Positions 24,866 to 41,165 of a stretch of DNA of 64,000 nucleotides are shown here, one piece after another; position 1 is the stretch's first letter, and each line of letters begins with the position of its first letter. The stretch comes from Octopus vulgaris (lineage: Eukaryota): the NCBI GenBank assembly GCA_951406725.2, contig OX597823.1, forward strand, positions 91,946,001 to 92,010,000. The letters run 5' to 3'. The notes beneath the pieces were generated by a model. That model was given only the letters and a program-made list of their open reading frames with translations, was not told the DNA's origin and made no database searches. The position numbers and the translations under genes were made by a program.

Positions 24866-26394
24866 CACTCACATATTTGCATATAAACTCGTATACATAG
24901 ATACATACACAGACAAAACGCACAGACATGAACACACTTTGTCAGAATGATGAAAGCCATAACTTTACAAGTCTGAAAATCTCCATACTTGAAATATCTA
25001 ATATAATAGACACTACCTCAGCCAATCTGTTGTTTAACAAGCATTGTGCGTGTGTGTGTTTGTGTATGGGGCATATCCCTGTCTATATGAGGGTATGTGT
25101 AGTTGTGTAAGCGTGTGTCTACGTAGAGGTATGTGACAGGGTGAGGATTTGTGTATCACCCTGAACGTGTATATATGTATGCGGTTTTCTGTCTATGTAT
25201 GTGTGTGTGTGTGTGTATGTGCATTTGTGTGTGTGGTTTGCATGTGTGTGTATGTGTGTTGAATGTGTGCATGTGTGTGTGTATGTGTGCGTGTATGTCT
25301 GTGCGTATTTGTGTGTGTGTAAGTGTGTATGTGTTTGTATGCGTATGTGTATGTATTCCTGTGTGTGTGTGTATTTGTGTGTATATATATGTGTGTTTAT
25401 TTTTGTGTATATATGTGTGTGTGTATGTGTATGTAATCGTCTGTGTGTGTATTTGTGTGTGTATGTATGTGTGTGTATGTGTGCGCTCGCATGTGTATAT
25501 TTGTGTGTGTGTACGTGTGTGTGTAAGTGTGTAAGTGTGTGTGTATGTTTGTGTGTATATGTATGTATGAACGATGTTTTGTCAATGCTAAAATTTGGAA
25601 CCGAAATTTGCACCGAAGCAACGTACCGTGAAACATTGTGTTTCAATTACGTTTTCAAGATTTGATTTAAACAGACAAGAGCATTAATAATGAATATTGT
25701 TCAAACAATATTTTGAGGGAGACCTATAAATAATTAATGTAAACGTACGCTGGCATAGACAGCTTAATATGACGTTCGTTTTGCAATCATATGGTTTCGT
25801 GCTGGATTGAACCGCACGGAAGATTAATCAAGATTATTTTAAAGTGAAATTTGCTAGACGGAAACGAAAATAGCTGATGCATTATTTCCTAAATATTTTC
25901 CAACTAATCTACAATAATGTTGCTGTGACAGAGCCATTAAGGTGTGCCTTTGAAAAACCTTACGTCTATCTATGATTTGAGCCCTCAATTTTAACCAGCT
26001 TTTATTTCTTTCGTTCTCCTCTGTGACAAAGACGCAACCGACGATAGAACGGATCGCATGTGGCTTTTCCCGGGTACATGAACCCGTAAAAGAAAATCGA
26101 AAGACTGATGCACGAGAAACACATTCTCATCCGTAATGATGGACAGTGCTTATAACGGGATCGAAACCTGGAAGTCAACATTTGGAAATCTGCACATTGG
26201 TGACATAAATGTGCTGATCATGAATACGCAGAAAAGAGGCAGCAGGGTTTGTTCCAGACGAAGCAACCACATTTAGGGTTTTCGATTCTTGATTCTCCAA
26301 AGGAGAAACTCCGAAAAAATAAACCATTAATACTAACTTGTTGAAGACACCGTTCCCTGTAAACTTCACATTTCTGAAATACTTAAAATATCCT

Positions 26395-26760
26395 ATTCTA
26401 CTCTAGGCACAAGACCTGACATTTTGGGGGAGGAGGCCAGTCGATTAGATCAACCCCAGTACGTCAACCCCTAAAAGTGGAAAGGCAAAGTCGACATCGG
26501 CGTAATTTGAACGCAGAACGTAAAGATAGACGAAATAGCGCTGAGAATTCCTTTCTACTCTAGGCACAAGGCCCGAAATTTTGGGGGAGGGCCCAGTCAA
26601 TTAAATTGACCCCAGAATGCAACTGGTACTTAATTTATCGACCACGAAAGGATCAAAGGCAAAATCGACATCGACGAAATTTGAACTCAGAACGTAAAGG
26701 CAGACGAAACACCGCTAAGCATTTCGTCCGGCGTGCTAACGTTTCTGCCAGCTCGCCGCG
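26395..26760 (-). mobile_element. Two tandem SINE family A copies
   Basis: Both contain CTACTCTAGGCACAAG...GGCAAAGTCGACATCG...TTTGAAC; the second ends GCCAGCTCGCCGC. Confidence 0.85.
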
Positions 26761-26831
26761 TTGAAATACTTTAAATATATGTAACGTCTGTGTGTGTGAG
26801 CGTGTGCGTAATGAACAGAATATTGCTTATG

Positions 26832-26874
<43 letters not shown>

Positions 26875-27267
26875 AGGGGGGAATTTGTATGTATGTACAT
26901 AAGCATGGGTCACATGTCGCCCATCTAGCTGTTGCTGCCTTTACAACCCCTAATACTAATTGTCAATTTCATGTATTACATCTGATCATTTACATGTCAT
27001 TCTTTCTCGGGTAGTCACCTCACTAAAGGAATTCAAATACAACAGCGTACACTTCTCTGCTTCCTTCTCCTTCCAGCCTTTATATAAACGCGTACATACA
27101 CATACATGCATGCATACATACGTACATACATACATACATAAATATATACATAAATATGTACATACATACATATACATGTGTATATACATAGACATACATA
27201 CACGCACATATATATGTATATATGTGTGTGTATGTGTGTGTACGCGTATAAATATATATAAATGAGA

Positions 27268-28845
<1,578 letters not shown>

Positions 28846-28848
28846 TAT

Positions 28849-28879
<31 letters not shown>

Positions 28880-28949
28880 AATAAACATATATATATATAT
28901 ATATGTGTGTGTGCGTGTATGTTCATATTTATGTATGTGTGTTTTTGAC

Positions 28950-29130
28950 TCTGTGTTTGTCCCCCGCCATCGGTGCTGGATTGTTTACGTTCCCCATAAA
29001 TTTAGCGTTTCGGCAAAAAATGACACCGATAAAATAAGTACCACTCTTAACAAAAGAAAAACACACAGCACTCGATTCATTCGACAAAATCTCTTGAAGG
29101 ATATACTCCAGCGTGGCCGGTGCCTAATAA
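28950..29130 (+). mobile_element. SINE family B, 3' half, degenerate
   Basis: GTGTTTGTCCCCC...TTCGGCAAAA...CTCCAGCGTGGCCG. Confidence 0.7.
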
Positions 29131-29154
29131 TTTAGACATAGGTATACATACATG

Positions 29155-29242
<88 letters not shown>

Positions 29243-29259
29243 TATACATACATACATAT

Positions 29260-29326
<67 letters not shown>

Positions 29327-29347
29327 TACATACATACATACACATAT

Positions 29348-29412
<65 letters not shown>

Positions 29413-29993
29413 ATTACATGCTTTGAAACAATTGTCTGCTACTCTTAGCAGGTCGAGCAATCTCGTATATAGTATTCGCGTTCTTATACTATTTAATTTA
29501 TTTGTTATATTATTTTACTCTGTATCAAAACGAATATATATTATTATTTGTGTTTTCTGTTTTCTTTTGTTTTTTTTCTTTTGGCTATAAAAATTGTAAT
29601 ATTAAATAACTTTTGAAATCGATCTAATATGCTGGCCGAGTGTTGTTGATACGTTTCATGTGCTTATTTCTATTGTTTATTGTGACTTTGCGAATTGGTA
29701 AATATTACCGAAGCATGAAATGAAATATAAACAGGAATTATACGAAAAAAAAAGGAAAAAATGCCAAATAAATGGGAAAAAGAAACAAAGAATAAATATT
29801 AATGGAGGAAAACGAGAAAAACTAACAAGAAAACAATAATGATCAGAGTATCGATAGAAATATTGATGTTAATAGTAACAATAATAATAATAACTATAAT
29901 ATAATGATAGCATCATCATCAGCAGCAAGAAGAAGAAGAAGAATTTCACTAATAACAACAAGAGCAAAATTAAGAAGAAAATAATGATGATGA

Positions 29994-30030
<37 letters not shown>

Positions 30031-30117
30031 TATAATAATAATAATAAAATTAATAATAATAATAATAATAATAATAAGAAGAAGAAGAAGAAGAAGAAAA
30101 AGGATAATAACAGACGG

Positions 30118-30556
30118 CATCACCGAATATATAAATGCGAAGATCCTATCGAATTTTATGATTCAGCGTGACCATGAGATTGAGAATAGGAAGCCAGATA
30201 TAGTCTTAATTGAGAAAGAAAACAAACTATGCTGGTTCATAGATATAGCATGCCCAGCTGACAACAAGGTATGCGATAAGGAAGAGAGAAAAGTCGAGAG
30301 ATATGACAGGTTAGCTTGGGAAGTTAAGCAGTTGTGCTCGATGAAAAAGGTGGTAGTAGTTGCAATAATTGTCGGAGCCCAGGGCAAAGTGAGCAAAAAT
30401 CTCGAGAAGTACGTGGAACGAATAGGGGCTGCAATAAGGATGGAGCACTTCCAGAAAACAGCACTGCTTGGAACCACTCGAATACTCTGGATGGTGCTAA
30501 AAGAATAAGAGGTGTTACCTTAGTTCACTGGTAGTGAAAAGCTGACACTGTAGTAC
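30118..30556 (+). mobile_element. R4/Dong-like non-LTR retrotransposon 3' fragment (restriction-like endonuclease)
   Basis: KILSNF...ENRKPDIVLIEK...IDIACP...KVERYDRLAWE...IIVGAQG...QKTALLGT; preceded by (TAA)n. Confidence 0.88.
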
Positions 30557-30694
30557 ATCTCCTCCTCCTCCTCCTCCTCCTCCTCCCCTCCTCCTCCTCT
30601 CCTCCTGCTGCTGCTGCTACTGACCCTGTTACTCTACTCTTAGAGCAACAGCAAAAGTAGCAGCAGTAGCAACAACACCAAAAGCAACAACAAT

Positions 30695-30759
<65 letters not shown>

Positions 30760-30794
30760 ATAATAATAATAATAATAATAATAATGACGACGGA

Positions 30795-31303
30795 CACAAG
30801 GCCTGAAATTTGTGGGGAGAGATTACGTCTACTACAGCGACCTTAGTGTTTCAACCCCGAAAGGATGAAAGGCAAAATCGACCTCGGCGAAATTTGAACT
30901 CAGAACGTAAAGACCCAGAAGGAATGCTGTCATGCATTATGACCATCAATGATTATGATGATAATGATGCTGATAATGATGATGATGATGATGATTTATT
31001 CCTAGTAATGAGCTACAAATGAACTGAGACATTTTGGCTGTCATCAAACTGCATTGGTGTTAATAATAATCCTTTATACTAGAGGTAAAAAGCTAAAATT
31101 TTGGGGGTGAGGGGTGGGATAAAGTCGATCACAACGACCCCCAGTACACCACTGATACGTAATTTATCGACCCACCCCACCCTGCCGAATGGTTGAAAGA
31201 CAAAGTCAACCTCGGCAGAATTCGAGCTCAAAACTTAGCGGCAGACGAAATGCTGCGAAGCATTTCGACAGGTGTGCTAACGATTCCGCCGGCACGCTGC
31301 CTT
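30795..31303 (-). mobile_element. Two degenerate SINE family A copies (about 30795-30930 and 31070-31303)
   Basis: AAGGATGAAAGGCAAAATCGACCTCGGCG and CAAAGTCAACCTCGGCAGAATTCGAGCTC. Confidence 0.75.
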
Positions 31304-31381
31304 GATAATAATAATGATAATAATAATAATAATAATAACAATAATAATCCGGAAATATTAGGGAACGGGACAGTCGATTAT

Positions 31382-31717
<336 letters not shown>

Positions 31718-32106
31718 ACCTATAATATCAGAATTAACACCAAAGAGAAAAAACAAACCAACAAAAATATCAACAACAAAAGCTATAACAAGAACAAATA
31801 CAACAGTCACATAACAAGAAAGACAGGATCTCGCTCTCTCTCTCTCTTAGGTTCTCTTTCTCCCTACGCTATTCACTCTAGTGTATATATCTATGTTAAG
31901 AGAGGGAGAGAGAGAGAGGGGGGGAGGGAGAGAGTAAAACACACAGTCATACATACAAACGGTATATTTACATCACTGAATTCTAAAAGGTTTTTAGAGG
32001 AAAATGATTTTAATTAGATTAGGGGGAAACCATTGTAGCAGAAGCGTTATTGCCACTTTCGAACAGAATCTCATCAAATAGAAAAACTTATGTATACACG
32101 TCAACA

Positions 32107-32164
<58 letters not shown>

Positions 32165-32177
32165 GGATATGATGTCG

Positions 32178-32537
32178 TGGTACTCCGTCGATTACGACGA
32201 CGAGGGTTCAAATTGATCTGATCAACGGAACAGCCTGCTCGTGAAATTAACGTACAAGTGGGTGAGTACTGCACAGACACGTGTATCCTTAACGTAGTTC
32301 TTGGGGTGATTCAGCGTGACAAGGCTGGCCCTTTGAAATACAGGTACAACAGAAGCAGGAAGAAAGAATGAGAGAGAGTTGTGGTGAAAGAGTACAGCAG
32401 GGTTCGCCACCACACCTTGCCGGAGCCTCGTAGAGCTTTAAGTGTTTTCACTCACTAAACACACACAACGCTCGGTCAGAGAATCGAAACCGTGATCCTA
32501 CGACCGCTGCCCTAACCACTGGGCCATTGCGTCTCAC
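32178..32537 (-). mobile_element. Full-length tRNA-derived SINE family C
   Basis: Minus strand GCGCAATGGCCCAGTGGTTAGGGCAGCGG...GGTTTCGATTC (A and B boxes); tail ...CGTCGTAATCGACGGAGTACC. Confidence 0.88.
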
Positions 32538-32791
32538 CGATATGTGTGTTCGTGTGTATCTGTGTGTACGCGCACTCAGAGTTACTGGTGTATAGATAAG
32601 CATACTCCTCCACGTGGAGTACATTTCTGACTCATCCTGTCTCTACACCACGCACCATTCACGCGCACACGAATATCCGCTCTATACTACACCTTCACAC
32701 ATTCTGACCCCTAGACACACTCAGAGACACACAAATATACATATACACGCAAGTAGCAAGGACTCAGAAATCATGTATATATATATAAGTT

Positions 32792-32849
<58 letters not shown>

Positions 32850-33163
32850 AGTGTGCACATAAGTACATATATGTATATTAGCATTACTATGTATGTATCT
32901 GTCTACCTACCTACCTACCTACCTACCTACCTACCTACCTACCTACCTACATACATACGTATCTACCTACCTACCTGTCTTTCTATCTACCAATCTATCT
33001 ATCAATCTATCTATCTATCTGTCTGTCTGTCTACTGTCTATCTACCTACCTACCTACCTACCTGCCTACCTATCTATCTATCTATTAATCTATCTATCAC
33101 CCATCTAGCTATCTATCTATCTGTCTGTCTGTCTACTGTCTAACTACCAACCTACCCGCCTAC

Positions 33164-33227
<64 letters not shown>

Positions 33228-33250
33228 ATATCTATCTATCTATCTATCTA

Positions 33251-33294
<44 letters not shown>

Positions 33295-33340
33295 CCTGTC
33301 TATCTATTATCTTTCTCTCTCTTTATCTATTATCTGTCTA

Positions 33341-33409
<69 letters not shown>

Positions 33410-33711
33410 GACATCCAATATACCTAAACATTCAGACGGTTGCACGGATCATTGATATTCGATTCTGTATGATAGCGATATAATGAAAGCTGTAAGATGA
33501 TAGCTCGGTTGTTAAACGTGAAAACCTATATTTGAAGTTAACCAAATGTTAGTCACCTGTAAGTGGTTTCTGATTAATTTATTCCAAAGTGTAAGGTTCC
33601 CTTACAAAGTTGGATTACTTAGCTAGGCATTGAAAGTATACTGATCAGCGTTGGGATGTTGCTAAATATTTATTTCTGTATTGCCCACAAGGGGCTAAAC
33701 ACGGAGGGGGC

Positions 33712-34042
33712 TAAACTTCGTATACTGGTAGAATGTGTCACATAAAACATATTTTTCTCATGGCTTTCTTGAGAAAATTCAGTAGTTTGTAAGCTATTTG
33801 TTCTTTAATTTCTTGCATTTCAGCAATTTCAACCACTCAGTGACACCTATTGAGGTGAATTCAATTTCTGCCGGATCGTTGTCACCAACATTTTCTGGCG
33901 GTGTCATATGAAAATGCTTACAAACTACAGAATTTTCTGAAGAAAGCCAAGAGAAAAAGATGTTTTATAAACACATTCTACCAGTATACGACGTTTAAAA
34001 GAAATTATTTTAAAAATCTGCCGGTCAAAGCGGAAAGATCCC
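33712..34042. mobile_element. MITE-like element with ~80-bp inverted arms, left terminus missing
   Basis: 33712-33794 is inverted at 33916-33997. The right end ...CGGAAAGATCCC has no left partner; a SINE A tail fragment lies at 33668-33710. Confidence 0.65.
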
Positions 34043-34572
34043 ATAATACTATGCCGTCTTCAACACATCGTTAAAGTAAGTGCAATTCAAATATCGGCTA
34101 CGATCAAGTGAGTTGTGTGATTTGTGGCAGTGTTAAAATCCATTTATTGTATGAGAAGGAGATTTGAACAGTTCTGTGTGGAAAAAGCGTTGCCACTGAA
34201 AGGATGTTTATACATGTATCGTTCAAATTATTGCGTTCTGTATGTGTCTATCTATGTAACACGTGCGATAAAGTATATAGTTATGACTGCAGTCCCGAAG
34301 CAAAGATAGAGTAGTCGGACAAGATTGGAGCTAAGTTGTTCCTTCCGGGAAGACGCTGCTTTCAATAACCAAAAGTGTTAAATCGCAGTTGTGAGGTTTC
34401 ATGGCCAAAATATTCTCCGACGTCGAATATATTCGTACCAAGAAAAAATAGTGAAACAGGTTTCTGTTGAATAAATGACACATTCAGTTCTATATTTAAG
34501 AGATGAGGAGTTATGTACATTATCAACATTATTTACATTTGACAGATATTTGTCTTTATCTTGTTTGTTGTT

Positions 34573-34619
34573 AACACAACGTTTCGGCTGATTTTACTCT
34601 CCAGCCTTCATCAGGTGTC
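34573..34619 (-). ncRNA. Minimal type I hammerhead ribozyme
   Basis: Minus strand GACAC-CTGATGA-A-GGCTGG-AGAGTAAAA-TCAGCC-GAAA-CG-TT-GTGTT; stem III is reduced to the palindrome AACGTT. Confidence 0.75.
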
Positions 34620-34740
34620 TTGGGGAAATTTCGAACCTGGTAGTTGAGGTTTTTTTCCAACGGTTGTAATGGAACTTCTCACGGCCCTTTCCGCTACTCA
34701 TCTAGCTTTATATGAATCCACTGGTTCGAAATTTCCCCAA

Positions 34741-34786
34741 GACACCCGATGAAGGCTGGAGGGTATATCAGCCGAAATATTGTGTT
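34741..34786 (+). ncRNA. Minimal hammerhead, mutated copy (U4C)
   Basis: GACAC-CCGATGA-A-GGCTGG-AGGGTATA-TCAGCC-GAAA-TA-TT-GTGTT. Confidence 0.55.
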
Positions 34787-35569
34787 AACAACAAACAAAA
34801 TGAGGACAAATATACATAAAGTGTAAATAATGTAAATAATGTAATGACACATTGTCAAAAGGTTTTCCAAAACATAACCATTGCTCTATGCGCCTTTTTA
34901 CATTAACTCTGACAAAGTTTTCACAATGTATATTGTCGTCAACTATTAAAGATCTAAGCAAACAAAAAAGAAAAGATAAAGAAACCATACTTGTGAATCT
35001 CTCCTAAACCGACTCGCTTCATAAAAGGTTTTTGACGATTTCATAGAAGGATGAAACTTGCACCATACAATTACTGTTTATAAAATTTAAGATCATTGTA
35101 GTGAGTTGTGAAAAAAAATATAAAAATAGATATATTCTGTACATTGTTTTAATTTGTATCCGATTTAGAATTCAAATCCTACCATTTAAAAATGATCATC
35201 TCCCTTACAATAATTTGCCACCAGGGAATACCGCGTATTCAAAGTAGATAGAATTATCAAGGAAAAGATAAAAATATTATCTGTGTTGTTATGAAGTTTA
35301 TTTCACAATGTGTCTTCGAGTTTGTTTTAACTGTGTAACACATTCTTTAAACGAATAAACACCATTCCCTACTTGACTAGTAAGTTATGAATGGAATTAA
35401 GATGACAGATACTAAATATTTAATGTTTATTCATACCTCATAACTTAACAGTTGACAAATGGCATCAGGTGCGTCCCTTTTATAAGTTATCTCTTGATGG
35501 TTGATGGTTGATGGTTATGTAAGTTACTTCCTGAAGGGAAGTTGATTGCGTTGATGAGTCTTTTTTTAT

Positions 35570-35946
35570 GTGGCACTCTGCCGGTTCCGACGACGAGGGT
35601 TCCAGTTGATCCGATCGACGGAACAGCCTGCTCGTAACATTAACCTGCAAGTGGCTGAGCACTGCACAGACACATGTACCCTTAACGTAGTTCTCGGGGA
35701 GATTCAGTGTGATAAGGCTGGCCCCTTTGAATATAGGTACAAAAGAAACAGAAAGAAAGAGTGAGAGAAAGTTGTGGTGAAAGAGTACAGTAGGGTTCAC
35801 CACCCCACCCCACCACTGCCGGAGTCACGTGGAGCTTTTAGGTGTTTTCGCTCAATAAAAACTCATAACGCTCGGTCTTGGAATCGAAACCGAGAGTCCA
35901 CGACCACGAGTCCGCTGCCCTAACCACTGGGCCATTGCGCCTCCAC
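35570..35946 (-). mobile_element. Full-length SINE family C
   Basis: Collinear with 32178-32537. Confidence 0.9.
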
Positions 35947-36194
35947 CGTTGATGACTAAGAAGGACAATATTGCTCGAAGCTTTGCCGTGCATCCTTTAC
36001 ATTTTTCTTAAGTTTTGGTTTTCTATTTTTCTCGAGAAAGGATAGTCTCTGGGATGATAAACTGATTCCATTGAATTAACAGTTTCCTATTAATTCATCT
36101 ATTTAGCGATTTGAGTTTTGCAAATATTTGTAATCGTAGAACGAGCATCTTGGTGAACCGCCGGTGAATTAGTCATTACATATTTTGACAGCGA

Positions 36195-36640
36195 CATTGA
36201 TGTTGTTGTCAAACTTTTGTCTCGAGAGACAATGGAGTTGCGCATAAACTAATCCAGTCTGGTTTTTACATTTCATGTCCTCTCCAGTTTCCTCACTAGT
36301 TTTGCGCAGGCCTGGGCTAGATGTAAGAAAATCCTAGGTAGCCCAATCGTCAGGATTTCTTTCTCAACCTTGCTGACGTAGTCCAAAGGAGTGCAGAGCA
36401 TTACATTTGGTACCAGCTTGGTAGTAAGAGCTGCCGGAAGAGTGTTAAGTCGAACACTAAACCGTCTACGGGGCTCCACTCCGGATTGCTTTGAAGGTTG
36501 TCGCCTTTCCGTAACTCTGGATAGGGGCCCATACCGAGTACTGTCAGCCGGAATCAGCTGAGCCTGGCACGTACTGCATAGGAGGGTCCTTGAAGCATTC
36601 CGTCTGGTTACCTAATGTCAAGTTGGGATTAACTGACAAG
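36195..36640 (-). mobile_element. Non-autonomous RTE derivative (non-coding body plus RTE 3' tail)
   Basis: 36195-36281 is the reverse complement of the RTE 3' end at 1744-1826. The upstream body is unrelated to the RTE coding sequence at 1035-1743. Confidence 0.72.
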
Positions 36641-36780
36641 TAATCCACACAGTTTTTCTAGCTGATATTTTCTTCAATGTTTAAAGTTAAAGCAAAAATG
36701 AATTATTTGCAACTTATGTTTCTGTCGTCGGCTCGAGTTTGCGTCATCATTCTTCTTAAGCACATCATTGACCGCATCTG

Positions 36781-36813
36781 TCTACCTACCTACCTACCTA
36801 CCTACCTACCTAC

Positions 36814-36865
<52 letters not shown>

Positions 36866-36886
36866 TTATCTATCTATCTATCCATC

Positions 36887-36966
<80 letters not shown>

Positions 36967-36970
36967 CATC

Positions 36971-37001
<31 letters not shown>

Positions 37002-37160
37002 CTATCTATCGATCGATCTATCGATCGATCTATCTATCTATCTATCGATCTATCTATCGATCTATCTATCTATCTATCTATCTATCTTTTTATCTATATA
37101 TCTGTCTGTCTGTCTATCTACTTCTCCTTCTCGCTCTCTTTGTCTATCTATCTATCTAGC
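36781..37160. repeat. (CTAC)/(CTAT)n tetranucleotide array
   Basis: Seen directly. Confidence 0.95.
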
Positions 37161-37240
37161 TAGCTAGCTTCTTCTCTCTCTTCCTCCCACTATCTCTCTC
37201 CCTCTCTCTACTTGTCTATCTATTTATGTATGTATGTATG

Positions 37241-37274
<34 letters not shown>

Positions 37275-37347
37275 TGTATGTATGCATGTTTGTATATATA
37301 TATACATATATATGAATATAAATACATACATATATACATATGCATAC

Positions 37348-37427
<80 letters not shown>

Positions 37428-37740
37428 TAAATGAAAAAATATATTGCTACAAAGAGAAAAACGGAAGAGACCCTAAGGTCGAAAGAAATGAAATATTTCT
37501 TGTGATCTGTGAACTTATAAGATTTTATTGGTGAGTTTCCCTACTTGTAAATCAAAGGATTGAAAAATATGTTTTAGGTGAAGGATTAGAAGTTATCTTG
37601 GAGTTTTTGCCGGTTGAATCCATTCAAAATCTTTTGTTTAACGTTCCATTTTCGAAATATTCAAATATGACTTTCGATCAAAGCATATAAAATGGTTCCA
37701 TACAGCATAGTATTACAAATACATCTTCAAAGCTATCACT

Positions 37741-37822
<82 letters not shown>

Positions 37823-38076
37823 GTTAACAAATAAGACAAAAATATGATATATATTTCTTTGTGTAGATTTAACAGATACTTTAATGTCAGTCAGCCAATC
37901 TTATAGATATTGATCAAAGAGTCTTTAGCATGGTTATATATGTGACCATTATTCTCATCTGCAAAAGAAAATCGTATCCAATACATACATACATCGTGGC
38001 ACTCCGTCGGTTACAACGACGAGGGTTCCAGTTGGTCCAATCAACGGAACAGCCTGTTCGTGAACTTAATATATAT

Positions 38077-38160
<84 letters not shown>

Positions 38161-38162
38161 AT

Positions 38163-38650
38163 ATGTCTTGGTGTAAAAGATTGGCTACAGCAAAAAATAT
38201 TCTGTTCAATATCACAAATTTGCTTATCAGTTGTTTGACCGTAACCAGTTGAGCATGTCCCTTACAGGCTGACGATATGTGCATCTCTGATCAGAAGCAG
38301 AAGTACTGGGGAGGCATCAAAGCCATATGTTGAGAGGAATTCTTTGGTGTTTGAATAATTCACCTCTCGAAACATGTGTGTTTCGTTCTACATCCTCAAG
38401 GAACCCTTATTCAAGGACAATTTGAGCGGGATGGATTACTTAATCTGAACTCTAACTGGGCTCCATCTGCAAGGTCATGAGCTGTTTAACTTGATATGAG
38501 CTCACCATGTTGCACACATATGGGTGTGATGCATATACCTGATGTACCCCTAACAGACAGGTAGTCATGTTGAGTATATTGGGCTTCGTATATTTTACCC
38601 TAGTGTCACTTTGATGGTCTCACTGCTCTCTCACTCAATAATAATAATAA
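38163..38650 (+). mobile_element. Family E repeat with (AAT)n tail
   Basis: Diverged reverse complement of 94-570. Confidence 0.8.
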
Positions 38651-39142
38651 TCTGTTTAAAAAGCGAGACTAACGTAAACACATCTTAAGAAAAGTTTATT
38701 TAAAATCATTATTTAAAAATTTCAACCAAAATTAAAGAGAACATAAATGAGAGAGTTATATTTATTATTCAATACCAATAAATAAAATATGAATACAAAT
38801 AATAATTTACTGGCAAATACAAGAATTATTTGTCTAGTTTTATTTAGTCGTCATTTATTATTAATTTAGTTTATGTATTTCTTTATAAGCATTTTGTACA
38901 TTTACTTTAATTTATTTATTTATTTTTATATATTTCAATTTATGTTTTTGTTTTGAAAGGTTGTTTTTTCCCGAAATTTACAGACATTTATGACATAATA
39001 AATACCGGTACGAGTAAATATGTTTTTCCCTTTATTATACGAATAACATTTTAAAACATATAACTTAATAATAATCATAAAAATATAAATTGTTTTAAAG
39101 TTGCATATATATATAACTTTAAAAGAATTTATATATATACAA

Positions 39143-39218
<76 letters not shown>

Positions 39219-39370
39219 GTATATACATACAACACATATATAGACATACGTCTATGCAAATGTCTCCGAGTGCGTGTGCGTGCATGATATATATATATAT
39301 ATATACATACATATCTGCATATGTGCTCGAATGTATGTGCCTGCGTGTAATTATATATATATGTATATAC

Positions 39371-39428
<58 letters not shown>

Positions 39429-40106
39429 AGTTGTCATTAGGTATTATAAAATATTGTGATTTAAAATTTGGAAATGTATATAAATTTAATAGAGATAGTG
39501 AAAAATATGTTTTCGTTTATTCATCTATTTTGTAATGTATGAAATAACGAAATTAAATTCGTAAGATTTAATAACATGAAAAAATAATAAAAAAGTAATC
39601 AAGTTAATATATAAACTGATTGGTGAAATCAGTTCGATTCCGTTGTGTTGCGATGGAATTTCATATGCTGTTTACTGCCTCTAATAGAACGTCAATATCG
39701 ATCTTATTAAGAAACACATACCTTCTTACAAATTTTTTCTGGTCTTAGATACGGTGAAACAGAAATGTTTTTTTTTTAAACTTCGGTTGGGGTATGATGA
39801 CAGAAGGGTAATTTTAAAAATATTTTATCAACACCGTTTGCTCTATATAAATCGTGTTTACCGGGTTGACAGCGCAAAGCATTGGTGTGTATAAATACGA
39901 GCTTTTTAACAGTTCAAATATTATTGAGGCGTATCCGAACTCGTCAGAAAGCCATTCACTGTGCTTCTTTCATTTATAAAATTCCTCACTATAGACAAAT
40001 GGGTGTAAATGCACCAGATCAGTTCAGCTAACCTGGCTGGTGGGTGCAAGTATTTCAATGTGGTTATCTTCTCTTCGACCACAAAAACAGGACAGGGTGC
40101 ATTACG

Positions 40107-40545
<439 letters not shown>

Positions 40546-40829
40546 AGGGATTTTAGCTCTTATGATATTTCTATCATCGTTCAATGATTGGTGGCGCTAA
40601 TCGGGAGCTTAACCTAAGCAAATATGTATGTTACCCCTGGGAATACGGCTTTGTACTTCTGAAATTTATATAGTTACCGTTCCATTATTTCTTTTAATTT
40701 AATCACCTTCCTTTTAAATCATTTTATTTTATTTCATTATATCTCGAATGTTGATCAGCTTATAATTCCTTTAATATAATCAACCAAATTCTTTTATACA
40801 TCAACACTTCTCTGTTCTTCCCGATCTTA

Positions 40830-41165
40830 TATTAATAACCATCCATCCAATCCCTCTTCACCGCTCAGTATTCATGGGAGAATAGCGGGGGTAGAGTCTT
40901 CACCGCCCCGCTTCATATCGTCTTTTCTGAAGCAATCATCATTACACTGTCCAGTTGGATTCCCAAGACCATAGATAATATCCGACTAGCTCGTTCTTCA
41001 TCTTCTCCTAGGTTTCTTGCCGGTTAGATTCTGCTTGAAAAATCCCTTTTGCGATCTTGTCTTGCGACATTCTAATCAGATGCTCGTAGTACTGGAGCTG
41101 TGACCTCTCAATATAGACAAGTAGCTACTACGCCTGGAGTGTCTCCTTATTCACTATACTATTTT
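40830..41165 (-). mobile_element. Degenerate RTE (Rex3/Expander-like) LINE 3' fragment
   Basis: Minus translation LLVYIERSQLQYYEHLIRMSQDKIAKGIFQAE, then after a frameshift GKKPRRR...LGIQL. Confidence 0.65.

Larger units (their letters stand above)
34517..34842. mobile_element. Fold-back element with ~120-bp inverted arms (Penelope-like pseudo-LTR type)
   Basis: 34517-34637 is inverted at 34723-34842, with an 85-bp spacer. Each arm holds a hammerhead fold. Confidence 0.75.
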
